From Planctomycetota bacterium (GTDB lineage Bacteria > Planctomycetota > Planctomycetia > Pirellulales > Lacipirellulaceae): a DNA stretch of 64,000 nt. Made by a program: the position numbers and the translations under genes. The stretch is from NCBI GenBank assembly GCA_039190745.1, contig JBCCXZ010000013.1:8863-72862 (forward strand), written 5' to 3'. This document shows, piece by piece, positions 30,478 to 39,304 of this stretch. Positions within the stretch are counted from its first letter, which is position 1. Every line of letters starts with the position of its first letter. The notes beneath the pieces are model-generated. The model had not been told where the DNA came from, ran no database searches, and saw nothing but the letters and a program-made list of their open reading frames with translations.

Positions 30478-30969
30478 TTAGTCGGTGTGTTTCAGGTCGT
30501 CTTCGTTGATCGCCAGGAAGCCCTTCGACTCGAGCGTGTCGAGCGCGATGTCGATGTTGTCGACCATCAGCGCGACCACCGGCAGGTCGTGCGGGCGTGC
30601 GATTACCGGGTAGACCTGCGAGATGTTCACCTCGGCCTGCAGCAGCGCCGTGCAGACCTGCAAGAGCGGCTGCGGACCCTCGGGCAGTTCGACCGCGATG
30701 AGGTCGGACTCGACGATGGCCAGACCGGCGCGTTCGAGAACCTCCCGCCCTTGTTCGGGGTCGCTCAGCAGGAACCGCACCACAGCGCACTCGGTGGAGT
30801 CACTGATCGTCAGGGCGACGATACGGACGTTGCTGCCCTCGAACCTGCGGACCACCTCGAGTAGCTGTCCGACGCGGTTCTCCAGGAAGACGGTGAACTG
30901 CCGGATCGAGGGGTAGTCCCGTCCGTGGAGGGTGGCGAAGCCGCTGCCGGCTCCTTCGCCGCTGCTCAT
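30478..30969 (-). CDS. Tandem ACT-domain protein
   Basis: RQFTVFLENRVGQL, second ACT LLQAEVNISQVY. Confidence 0.82.
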   Translation of the reverse strand: MSSGEGAGSGFATLHGRDYPSIRQFTVFLENRVGQLLEVVRRFEGSNVRIVALTISDSTECAVVRFLLSDPEQGREVLERAGLAIVESDLIAVELPEGPQPLLQVCTALLQAEVNISQVYPVIARPHDLPVVALMVDNIDIALDTLESKGFLAINEDDLKHTD

Positions 30970-31221
30970 GCGTTGCTCCTAGGACACCCTTTTCCAGCCC
31001 GCTTCGCAGGAAACTCTCTGGAAAGCTATAGGTCTGGAGAGCCTCGGGGGCCGGCCCTGACTCGTGGTTTGCCGAGGGCGGTTGCCCTCTAATCCGGGGA
31101 GTATACGGCTCAGCGTGGGCGGTTGCAACGTTCGCGGCGCGGGGGCCGGTTGGCCCCCAAAGCGGCATGGGATACGATCCACGACCCAGCCGACCAGCCA
31201 GATGCCCACCGACGGATCGCT

Positions 31222-31617
31222 ATGCAACACGAAATCGAGATCGAGGTCCGGTACTACGAGACCGACGGCCAAGGGGTGGTGCACCACGCCAACTACATGC
31301 AGTACTTTGAGCTGGCGCGGGTGAAGATGCTGCAGTCAATGGGCCACGACTACGCCGACCTCGAGCGAGACGGAGTGTTCTTGGTGGTCCACAGCATCAG
31401 CTGCCGGTACCACCGGCCGGCGTTGTTCGGCGACACGCTGCGCATCGTGACAAAGGTTGCCCGGGCGACCTTTGCCCGTATCGACCACACCTACGAAGTC
31501 TTCCGCAACGAAGAGCTGCTGGTCGACGGCAAGAGCACGATCGCCTGCATCGACCGCAACGGCAAGATCCGCCGGATTCCTTCGCATGTGCTGGGCGAGC
31601 CGGAAGAGCATCTGTAA
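31222..31617 (+). CDS. Acyl-CoA thioesterase (YbgC/FadM hot-dog family)
   Basis: VRYYETDGQGVVHHANYMQYFELAR. Confidence 0.88.
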   Translation: MQHEIEIEVRYYETDGQGVVHHANYMQYFELARVKMLQSMGHDYADLERDGVFLVVHSISCRYHRPALFGDTLRIVTKVARATFARIDHTYEVFRNEELLVDGKSTIACIDRNGKIRRIPSHVLGEPEEHL

Positions 31618-31648
31618 AGCCGCGAAGATTCCAAGGGGGCGTGAGGCG

Positions 31649-32224
31649 ATGGACAAAGTCTTAATGCTGGTGGGCGACTTCGTGGAAGACTACGAAGCGA
31701 TGTGCCCCCTGCAGATTCTGGAAACGTTCGGCTACCAGGTCGACACGGTCTGCCCCGAGAAGGGGCCGGGCGACACGGTGGTGACCGCGGTGCACGACTT
31801 CGAGGGTCACCAGACCTACTCGGAGAAGCGCGGGCATAACTTCCCCGTGACCACAGCTCTTCAGGAGGCGCGGGCGGCGGACTACGCGGCGCTGGTCGTG
31901 CCCGGCGGTCGCGCTCCGGAGTACTTGCGGCTGTTCCCGTCTGTGCTCGATCTGGTGCGTTCGTTCTTCGAGGCGGGTAAACCCGTTGCCGCGACGTGCC
32001 ATGGGCCGCTGATCCTCGCCGCCGCAGGGGTGCTCGAAGGCCGTACCTGCCAGGCTTACGTGGCACTGCAACCAGACATCGAGCAGGCCGGAGCGCACTG
32101 GGACGCTCCGAACCAAGGCATGAGCAGCGTGTGCGTCGACAGGATGCTGGTTACTGCCCCGGCGTGGCCTGCCAACGCGGCTTGGATGCGCGAATTGCTG
32201 AAGCTGCTGGGGCACGACCTCTGA
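31649..32224 (+). CDS. DJ-1/PfpI family protein
   Basis: GDFVEDYE, PGGRAPEYLR, ATCHG nucleophile elbow, VTAPAWP. Confidence 0.9.
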   Translation: MDKVLMLVGDFVEDYEAMCPLQILETFGYQVDTVCPEKGPGDTVVTAVHDFEGHQTYSEKRGHNFPVTTALQEARAADYAALVVPGGRAPEYLRLFPSVLDLVRSFFEAGKPVAATCHGPLILAAAGVLEGRTCQAYVALQPDIEQAGAHWDAPNQGMSSVCVDRMLVTAPAWPANAAWMRELLKLLGHDL

Positions 32225-32227
32225 TTA

Positions 32228-32300
32228 TGGGAGGGCTCTCTGAGCCCGAGTTCGGATAGCTAAGTGACCGTAATCGGCCTCGGAGAGGCCCTCCTACAGA
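32228..32300. repeat. REP doublet, copy 2
   Basis: TGGGAGGGCTCTCTGAGCCCGA paired with inverted ATCGGCCTCGGAGAGGCCCTCCTACA. Confidence 0.85.
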
Positions 32301-32333
32301 AGAGGCTTGTCGCTTCCATCTACTATTCGGCGC

Positions 32334-32373
32334 AAGAAAAAACCCGGCCGCGGCTTTGGAGGCCGTGACCGGG
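32334..32373 (-). terminator. Rho-independent terminator of the C26 gene
   Basis: CCCGGTCACGGCC/GGCCG-type stem followed by TTTTTTCTT on the minus strand. Confidence 0.6.
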
Positions 32374-32402
32374 CGACGGAATTGGTCGGTGGGGCGGAAG
32401 GG

Positions 32403-33146
32403 CTAAGCGACGAGCTTCATCGCGTCGGCCGCCTCGGTGGCGCCGGCGACGAACTCTTCGAAGATCCGCATGTCGAGCGCCGACGCGGTGTCGGCCTCGG
32501 GGTGGAACTGCGTGCCGACCGCGAACCAGTCGGGCATGGCGCTCTCGATGGCCTCGATGACGCCGTCCGGGCAGCGGGCGGTGACCTCGAAGCCGGGCGC
32601 CAACTCGTCGACCGCCATGTGGTGCCGGCTGTTCACGCGGAGCTCGCCGTCGCCGTAGACGCGGTCGATCAACGAGCCGGCAACGATCTCGAGCGTGTGG
32701 CGGTGGGCCGGGTCAAGCGGGTCGCGGTGCGGAAGGGCGGTTGGCATGTCCTCGGGGATGTGGAGCAGCAGGTTGCCGCCCTGCGAGACGTTCAAGAGCT
32801 GCATGCCGGCCCCGATCGCGAGGACGGGCAGGCGTTGCTCGGAGACGACCCGCATCAGCAGCCGGTCGAAGTTCTCCCGCCGCGGGTCTTGCAGCTTGAC
32901 GGTCGGGTGGAGCATCCAGCCGTCCCGGCGGGGGTCGAGGTCTGCGCCCCCGACGAACAGGACGCCGTCGAGGCGTTCGAGCACGGCGGCCACGTCGGCT
33001 TCGTCGTCGCAGGGCGGGAGGATCACGGGCACGCCGCCCGCTTTCTGGACCGCGTCGTAGTATCCAGATGAAACGAAGGTGAAGGCCGAGGTGTCTTGCT
33101 TGGGGCCTCGGTAGTCGGCGTTAAGTCCAATCAACGGCTTGGGCAC
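32403..33146 (-). CDS. Peptidase C26 / PuuD-like glutamine amidotransferase lacking the catalytic Cys
   Basis: KPLIGLN, AGGVPVILP, LDGVLFVGGADLDP, LAIGAGMQLLNV, VNSRHH, GTQFHPE; GTG start at 33146. Confidence 0.85.
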   Translation of the reverse strand: MPKPLIGLNADYRGPKQDTSAFTFVSSGYYDAVQKAGGVPVILPPCDDEADVAAVLERLDGVLFVGGADLDPRRDGWMLHPTVKLQDPRRENFDRLLMRVVSEQRLPVLAIGAGMQLLNVSQGGNLLLHIPEDMPTALPHRDPLDPAHRHTLEIVAGSLIDRVYGDGELRVNSRHHMAVDELAPGFEVTARCPDGVIEAIESAMPDWFAVGTQFHPEADTASALDMRIFEEFVAGATEAADAMKLVA

Positions 33147-33662
33147 GGTAATGCATTCCCTTTCTGGCGACACGTTGCGCGACGCCTCATTACCAGGAGA
33201 GTCGTGGGCGGCCAGAAGGGCGCGGGAAGCGGCGGAGCGGTTGTTTGGTAACCTAACCAACCGCCGCACTGGGATAGGTCGCTTCAGGCAACCACCCAGA
33301 ATCGATCGTCCGGACAAGCCGACACGATGCAAAGAAACCAAGCCGGCGGTTGCCGGCGGTCGCGCCTTCCGTGGCACGGGGTTCAAAGATCACGCACGAG
33401 GCAGGTCCGACCGCAACCAGGGCGGGCAGGCAAGGCGCTTGCCCGGAACGGTGTGCGGCCAGATCGACGTCCCTTTCGCTGGCCTCAAAAACTCCCTTTT
33501 TTGTGTGGCCGTGTCACGCGGCCGGATTGGAGATGCAAGTCTGAGGTGGAAAATAGGTCGATGCTGTCGGCGCGGCAAGTACTTGGAACATATTGGGTGG
33601 GATTGGGCAGTGCTTGCACAAGTTTTGCCGCAGTCGGGCTTGCGTGATTCGTAAAGGTCGGC

Positions 33663-34400
33663 TCAGAAGGCCGATTCGCAGACCCAGTAGCCGACCGCAA
33701 AGATGCCGGCGTCCACGAGCACGTGGCTCAACCAAGGCCCCCAAAGCGAGCCGGTCTTGTGGTAGAGCCACGCCCAGAACACCCCGCCGACTGCTACGCA
33801 GAGCGAGAACACCCAGGTCGTGGGCGATGCCCAGCCAAAGTAGTGGGCGAGCACGATGACGTGGTGGGCCATGAAGCCGAGCGAGGAAACAACAACCGCT
33901 GCGGCCAACGGGACGTGTTTCGCCATCCGGCCGAAGACGAACCACCGCCAGTAGTACTCTTCCAGGAAGGCGTGGGCGGTGCTGCAGAACAACGCGAATG
34001 CGGCAAACTTGGCGGGCGAATCCAGGCCGAGCCCGAGCAGTTTTTCTTGCATGGGGCCGATTGCCGACTCGAAAACGCCCGCGGGCTCCAGGACATAGCG
34101 GAAGCCGAGCACGGCCCCGAGGAAGACGGCGCTTCCGAATGCTAACCCCGCCTTTGTGCCGGAGGTCGAGAAAGGCCATGGACGGGGGAGGCTCCCCACG
34201 GCGTACCAGACCCACGCGACCGGCAGAGCGAACTGGACTGTTTTCATCACTGCGTAGGCCTGCCGCTGAACGCCCGTTGCGGCGTCGGCCGCCCACACGA
34301 AGTAGACGAGCGTCACCAGGCTGGGCAGCAGCATGGCCACGGCGAGCACCGCTAGCTCGGCCCCCCGTGAGGGGGAGTGGCGGTCGGGGGTTTCTTGCAT
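33663..34400 (-). CDS. CPBP (CAAX/Abi) family intramembrane metalloprotease
   Basis: LEEYYWRWFVF, FMAHH, WLSHVLVD, multiple TM. Confidence 0.85.
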   Translation of the reverse strand: MQETPDRHSPSRGAELAVLAVAMLLPSLVTLVYFVWAADAATGVQRQAYAVMKTVQFALPVAWVWYAVGSLPRPWPFSTSGTKAGLAFGSAVFLGAVLGFRYVLEPAGVFESAIGPMQEKLLGLGLDSPAKFAAFALFCSTAHAFLEEYYWRWFVFGRMAKHVPLAAAVVVSSLGFMAHHVIVLAHYFGWASPTTWVFSLCVAVGGVFWAWLYHKTGSLWGPWLSHVLVDAGIFAVGYWVCESAF

Positions 34401-34555
34401 AGCGAGTGGCGTGCTTGGTCTGACCTGATTGGCTCAGCTGGTGAGGCCGCTTTGGCCGCACTTGCTGTTCGCTGGGCCCGCCGATAGCTTGGGGTTTTGC
34501 CAGAGCAATTCAACCACGTCTGGATCGACCGCGATGCACTCGTGGTTCCCCGCGC

Positions 34556-35728
34556 ATGCAATATGAACGCGTCTGCATCGAGTCCCTCGGCTACAGCCTC
34601 CCCCAGGAGGTGGTTACCAGCGATGAGATAGAACGCCGTCTCGGGCCCGCCTACGAGCGGCTCCGGCTGCCGGCCGGCCGGCTGGAGCTGATGAGCGGCA
34701 TCCGCGAGCGGCGGTTCTTCCCGCCCGGCACGCTGCCGAGCGACGTGAGCAAAGTGAGCGCCCGCCGGGCGTTGGAAGCCTCGGGGCTGGAGCCCGAGCG
34801 GATCGGGGCCTTGATCCATGGCTCGGTGTGCCGCGACGTGCTGGAGCCCGCCACCGCGTGCGCTGTCCACGAGGCGGTCGGCCTGGGTCCCAACTGCGTA
34901 GTGCACGACGTTTCGAACGCCTGCCTGGGCATCCTGACGGGCATGGTGCACGTGGCCAACATGATCGAGCTGGGCCAGATCGAGGCGGGCATTGTGGTGG
35001 GTACCGAGTGCGGACGCACCCTGGTCGAGAACACGATCCGGCTTCTGAACGAAGACGCTTCCATCACCCGCCGCGACGTCAAGCAGTTTGTTGCGTCGTT
35101 GACCATCGGCTCGGCCAGCGCGGCGGTGTTGCTCTGCAGCAGCGACGTCAGCCGCACCGGCAACCGCCTGCTCGCGGCACGGGCGGTCGCGCACACCGAC
35201 CACAACGCGCTCTGCCGCAGCGACGGCATGGACGAGTTCATGCGGACCGACAGCGAGCAGCTGATGCGCCGCGGCGTTGCCGCCGCGGCGGAGACGTTCG
35301 ACGGTCTGATGGGCGAGCTCGGTTGGCAGGCCGGCGGGATTCAAAAATCCGTGTGCCACCAAGTCGGCTCGGCGCACCGGAAGCTCCTGTTCGACCGCCT
35401 GGGGCTGAACCCCGAGATCGACTTCTCGACCTTCGAGACGCTGGGCAACACGGGCGCGGCGGCGTTGCCGACCACGCTGGCGATCGCGGCCGAAGCGGGC
35501 CGGCTCGACCGGGGCGATCAGCTGGCTTTGATGGGCATCGGCTCGGGGATCAACTGCCAGATGCTCGGCGTCGACTGGCAGGAGCAACGGGTATCCGGCG
35601 GCGAGTGGGGCGCTCAGGAGGCGACCGACGACGTGAAGAAGGCCGCGGTAAATAGAGAGGCCGTGCCAGAGCCCAAGATGCTCAAGCGCCAGGCGCTAGC
35701 CAAACGCGTAGAACACTACGAGCACTAA
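34556..35728 (+). CDS. oleA: OleA-type 3-oxoacyl-ACP synthase III family enzyme
   Basis: RLELMSGIRERR, LEPATA (Glu), SNACLG (Cys), SLTIGSAS, HQVG (His), LGNTG (Asn), GIGSGINC match OleA rather than FabH. Confidence 0.8.
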   Translation: MQYERVCIESLGYSLPQEVVTSDEIERRLGPAYERLRLPAGRLELMSGIRERRFFPPGTLPSDVSKVSARRALEASGLEPERIGALIHGSVCRDVLEPATACAVHEAVGLGPNCVVHDVSNACLGILTGMVHVANMIELGQIEAGIVVGTECGRTLVENTIRLLNEDASITRRDVKQFVASLTIGSASAAVLLCSSDVSRTGNRLLAARAVAHTDHNALCRSDGMDEFMRTDSEQLMRRGVAAAAETFDGLMGELGWQAGGIQKSVCHQVGSAHRKLLFDRLGLNPEIDFSTFETLGNTGAAALPTTLAIAAEAGRLDRGDQLALMGIGSGINCQMLGVDWQEQRVSGGEWGAQEATDDVKKAAVNREAVPEPKMLKRQALAKRVEHYEH

Positions 35729-37315
35729 CAACAGCAGCGACACGCCGACGCCGATGCCGACGTAGAGCCCTACGGGGGGGCCGTAACGCGGCCCGCTGTA
35801 GCCCGGCGGGCGGAGCGGGTCGATTTCGCCTGGGGCACGGCTCGGACGCTTCGAGACTGGGTCTTTGCTCCGCTCGGCCTCGAGCGCCTCTTCGATGAGC
35901 GACTTCTTCGGCTTCTTCGGCTCGGGCTTCTTGGCGACGGTGTCGATCGCCGAGGTGAGGTCGTCGGTCGGCGTGGCTGTCTGCGAGAGGACGCCGTGGT
36001 CGGTCGATTCGGTCGCCTTCGCGGCGTTGGACTTGGCAGGAGACTTCGCGGTCTTGCGTTGCTGAGGGGAGTCTTCCTCGAGGGGCGCGAGTTCGAGGTC
36101 TTCTTCGTCGATCTGCGGCACGGGCGTGCTACGGCCGCCGGAGGAGCCGCCATCTAATACGCCGCTGCCGCTGTCGGTGCCCGCCTTGCTGAGCGCCGCG
36201 GCGAACCGGCCGTAGATGTCGCTGCCGACGCCGTCACTGCCTCCGCCTGGCTTGGCGGTCGACCCGCTCGCCACGTCGACGCCACGGTCGGCGAGCCAGT
36301 CCGCCATGCGGTCGGCGACTTCCTGGGCGGTCTGGTACCGGTCGGCCGGGTTCTTGGCCATCATGCGGTTGCAGATGGTCACCAGGCTCGGCGGTGCGTC
36401 GGGGCGGTCGATCAGGATGCTCGGGGCCTCGTCGCGTTGGTGCGCGAGCAGCCGCTCGGTGATCGTGCCCTCTGGGAATGGCGGGTGGCCGGTGAGCAGG
36501 AAGTAGAGCGTGCAGCCCAGGCCGTAGATGTCGGCTCGCTCGTCGGCGCCGTGGCTGTCGCGGGCCTGCTCGGGGGCGAGGTAGTCGGCCGTGCCGAGCA
36601 CGTTCTCGTTGTTGTCCATCGTGAGCGACGCTTCGTCGCCGATCAGCCGGGCGAGGCCCATGTCGAGCACTTTGACCGTGCCCTTGGAATCGACCAAACA
36701 GTTCGCGGGCTTGATATCGCGGTGGACGAGGCCCATGGCGTGGGCGTGCGCGAGCCCCCGCGCGGCCTGAGCGATGTAGTTTGCTGCCGTGTTGTAGTCG
36801 AGCGGCCCGTTCGTCTTGACCAGCACGTGGAGGTCTTTGCCGTCGACGAACTCCATGACCAGGTAGTGCGTCTTGCCGTCCTGGTCGAAGTCGTAGATCC
36901 GGACGATGTTGGGGTCGTCGAGCTTGGCGGTGGCGCGGGCTTCGATGCGGAAGCGTTCGAGGTAGGTGGCGTCCTCCACTCGGCTCGAAGGCAGCACCTT
37001 GATGGCCACCTTGCGGTTCATGAGGGTATGCTCGGCGGCGTAGACGCTGCTCATGCCGCCCTTGCCGAGGTGGCCCAGCAACTTGTACTTTCCGAGCTTG
37101 AAGCCCTTGTACTTGCCGGCCAGCAGCTTATCGACCTGCCACTGAGTGAGGATGCCCTCTTCGATGAGGCGCTTGGCCAAGTCCTCTTGGGTGTCCGGCA
37201 GATCGCCGCCCGCCTTCTCGCGGATTGCGGAGAGCGCCCGTTCGAGCTGCTCGTCCTCGACGAGCTGGCTGCGTCGGATCAGTCCTACAAAGCTGTCGGA
37301 CACCGTTTTGGTCAT
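35696..37315 (-). CDS. Hanks-type Ser/Thr protein kinase with C-terminal TM
   Basis: LGKGGMSSVY, VAIKVL, HRDIKPAN, DMG, GTADYLAPE, DIYGLG. Confidence 0.93.
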   Translation of the reverse strand: MTKTVSDSFVGLIRRSQLVEDEQLERALSAIREKAGGDLPDTQEDLAKRLIEEGILTQWQVDKLLAGKYKGFKLGKYKLLGHLGKGGMSSVYAAEHTLMNRKVAIKVLPSSRVEDATYLERFRIEARATAKLDDPNIVRIYDFDQDGKTHYLVMEFVDGKDLHVLVKTNGPLDYNTAANYIAQAARGLAHAHAMGLVHRDIKPANCLVDSKGTVKVLDMGLARLIGDEASLTMDNNENVLGTADYLAPEQARDSHGADERADIYGLGCTLYFLLTGHPPFPEGTITERLLAHQRDEAPSILIDRPDAPPSLVTICNRMMAKNPADRYQTAQEVADRMADWLADRGVDVASGSTAKPGGGSDGVGSDIYGRFAAALSKAGTDSGSGVLDGGSSGGRSTPVPQIDEEDLELAPLEEDSPQQRKTAKSPAKSNAAKATESTDHGVLSQTATPTDDLTSAIDTVAKKPEPKKPKKSLIEEALEAERSKDPVSKRPSRAPGEIDPLRPPGYSGPRYGPPVGLYVGIGVGVSLLLLVLVVFYAFG

Positions 37316-37715
37316 GAATGGTTTACCAACTACCACGCCCTCCGCCGCCGGGGCCTCCGCGAAGGCGGAAGCCCTTTCGGTGTTGGGACGCTTCGTTGTT
37401 CTGGGAACGCGATGATCGCGCCCCGGAAAAGGTGCTCTTTCTCTGTTGGGGGCTGTGGCTCCAACACATAGGGCCCGTGCTTCCCTGCCCCGTCGCTTCC
37501 TGAAACCCTTGCAACTGGTTGGACTCGGTAGTGTTGCCCGCGGGAACTCGGTAAACCGGTTTGCCGCGTGCTAGGTAGCCGCCTCCGGCTTCGATGATAT
37601 CACAGCCCCGCTGCTCAGGCCATTATCTCCGGGTGCGTCGCGGCATATTCCCGAGCAACCGCCCGTGGAACCATCCCAGTCCGTTCAATCGCGCACAGGA
37701 CACTTCGGATTACGA

Positions 37716-38525
37716 TCAGCGGTCGTCCGCAGAGGGTCGCACGAACTGCTCGTCGAAGTAGTTGACGCCCATCCCAGCGTCGATCACGAGGCTCTGGGCG
37801 TTGATGCCGCTAGAGCGGGGGCTGAGGAGGAAGGCCGTCGCCGCGGAGACTTCTTCGGTCTGCACAGCCCTGCCGCGGAGGGTGGCCCGTTCGGCGTAGA
37901 GGTAGGAATCGACGTAACCCGGGATGCCGGCGGAGGCTGAGGTCTTTAGGAGCCCGGGGGCGACTGCGTTGAACCGCACTTCGGAGAAACGGCTGAAAGA
38001 CTTGGCGAGAAACACAAGGCTCGAGTCGAGCGCCGCCTTCACAGGGGCCATGAATCCGTAGTTCTCCGCCGCCATTCTCGTGGTAGAGATAGAAACCGCC
38101 ACCACCGAGGCGTCGCTGGAAAACTGTTTCTTTAGAGCATTGGACAGGGCAACCAGGGAAAAGCAGGAGATGTCGAACGCACGCTGCATTTGGTTCCGAC
38201 TGGTCTCGTGGAACGGCTGAGGACCACCCTCGTAGTCAGCGAACGCGATCGAGTGGGCCAACCCGTGGAAGCCGTCGTAGGCGCCGGCGAGTTCTTCGGC
38301 GAGGCGGTCGATCTGGTCCTGGTGCTCGACGTCGCAGACGTGCACCGGCGAGCCTGCGAGCAGCTTGGCAGTCGATTCGAGCCGCTGTGGTGAGCGGACG
38401 ACGTAGACCACCTCAGCCCCGGCGTCCCGCAGGTCGCGGCCGACGTGGTAGGCGACGCTCTTGCGGTTCGCGACGCCGAAGACCACGATCCGGCGGCCTT
38501 CGAGTTGGAGGAAGTCAGTTGGCAT
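37716..38525 (-). CDS. fabI: Enoyl-ACP reductase (FabI-like SDR)
   Basis: [16 protein letters not shown], catalytic Y-x6-K (YGFMAPVK), TSASAGIPG. Confidence 0.85.
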   Translation of the reverse strand: MPTDFLQLEGRRIVVFGVANRKSVAYHVGRDLRDAGAEVVYVVRSPQRLESTAKLLAGSPVHVCDVEHQDQIDRLAEELAGAYDGFHGLAHSIAFADYEGGPQPFHETSRNQMQRAFDISCFSLVALSNALKKQFSSDASVVAVSISTTRMAAENYGFMAPVKAALDSSLVFLAKSFSRFSEVRFNAVAPGLLKTSASAGIPGYVDSYLYAERATLRGRAVQTEEVSAATAFLLSPRSSGINAQSLVIDAGMGVNYFDEQFVRPSADDR

Positions 38526-38533
38526 TCGGAGGA

Positions 38534-38724
38534 TTCACCACGGAGACACGGAGGGAGAGGGAGTGCTGAAATGAGGAGGAAGGAAGTTTCCTAACTGTGG
38601 GAGGCCTCTCCGAGGCCGATTTCGGAATCGTAGCAAAGCGGAATCGGGCTCGGAGAGCCCTCCCACAAGGACAAGATTGAAAATCCCTCATCCGTCTCCA
38701 CGCCCACCGTGCCTCTGTGGTTAA
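38534..38724. repeat. Inverted ACCAC(A/G)GAG-CACGG repeat pair enclosing a REP doublet
   Basis: TTCACCACGGAGACACGGAG (38534) versus reverse complement TTAACCACAGAGGCACGGT (38706-38724). Confidence 0.65.
38596..38667. repeat. REP doublet, copy 3
   Basis: TGTGGGAGGCCTCTCCGAGGCCGAT ... ATCGGGCTCGGAGAGCCCTCCCACA. Confidence 0.9.
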
Positions 38725-39173
38725 CTCCCCTCAGGCTCGGCCACCGTGCAGGCGAACTCGCAGCGGCAGGCCACTTTGCCGTCGACGGTTACTTTGCCCT
38801 TCATGAAGTAGGCGTTGGCCAGGCGGTCTGTGAGCTCGACGTCGATCTGGATCGTGTCGCCGGGGCGGACCATCTTCTTGAACTGCACGTTGTTCAGCCG
38901 GGTGGCAACCGGCACGCCGCCGGCGTTGCCCTGGCCGGCTTGGGCCTCGACGGTGATCTTTGAGAGCAGCACGGCTCCCGCTTGCAGCGACGCCTCGCAG
39001 AGCAGCACCCCGGGCGTGAGCGGGTAGTCGGGGTAGTGGCCGCGGTACCAGAACTCGTCGCCGCTGAAGGTCTTGCGGCAGACGATGTGCTTGTCGTCTT
39101 GCTCGACGATCTCGTCGACGAGCAGGAACGGCTCGCGGTGGGGGATGGCGGCTTGGATCGCTTCTAGGGTCAT
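38721..39173 (-). CDS. fabZ: 3-hydroxyacyl-ACP dehydratase (FabZ family)
   Basis: IPHREPFLLVDEI, GHYP..PLTPGVLLCEA, FKKMVRPGD. Confidence 0.88.
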   Translation of the reverse strand: MTLEAIQAAIPHREPFLLVDEIVEQDDKHIVCRKTFSGDEFWYRGHYPDYPLTPGVLLCEASLQAGAVLLSKITVEAQAGQGNAGGVPVATRLNNVQFKKMVRPGDTIQIDVELTDRLANAYFMKGKVTVDGKVACRCEFACTVAEPEGS

Positions 39174-39180
39174 TCGGATT

Positions 39181-39293
39181 TAGCCACAGATGGACGCAGA
39201 TGAACACAGATTAAGAAAGGAGATTGAAGCCACACAACAGTCTGGACGGAACGCCGTAACTTATCTGCGTTTATCTGTGTCCATCTGCGGCTA
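39181..39293. repeat. Inverted array of 10-bp CACAGATGAA-like units
   Basis: TAGCCACAGATGGACGCAGATGAACACAGAT ... ATCTGCGTTTATCTGTGTCCATCTGCGGCTA. Confidence 0.8.
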
Positions 39294-39304
39294 TTCTCTT
39301 CCCA

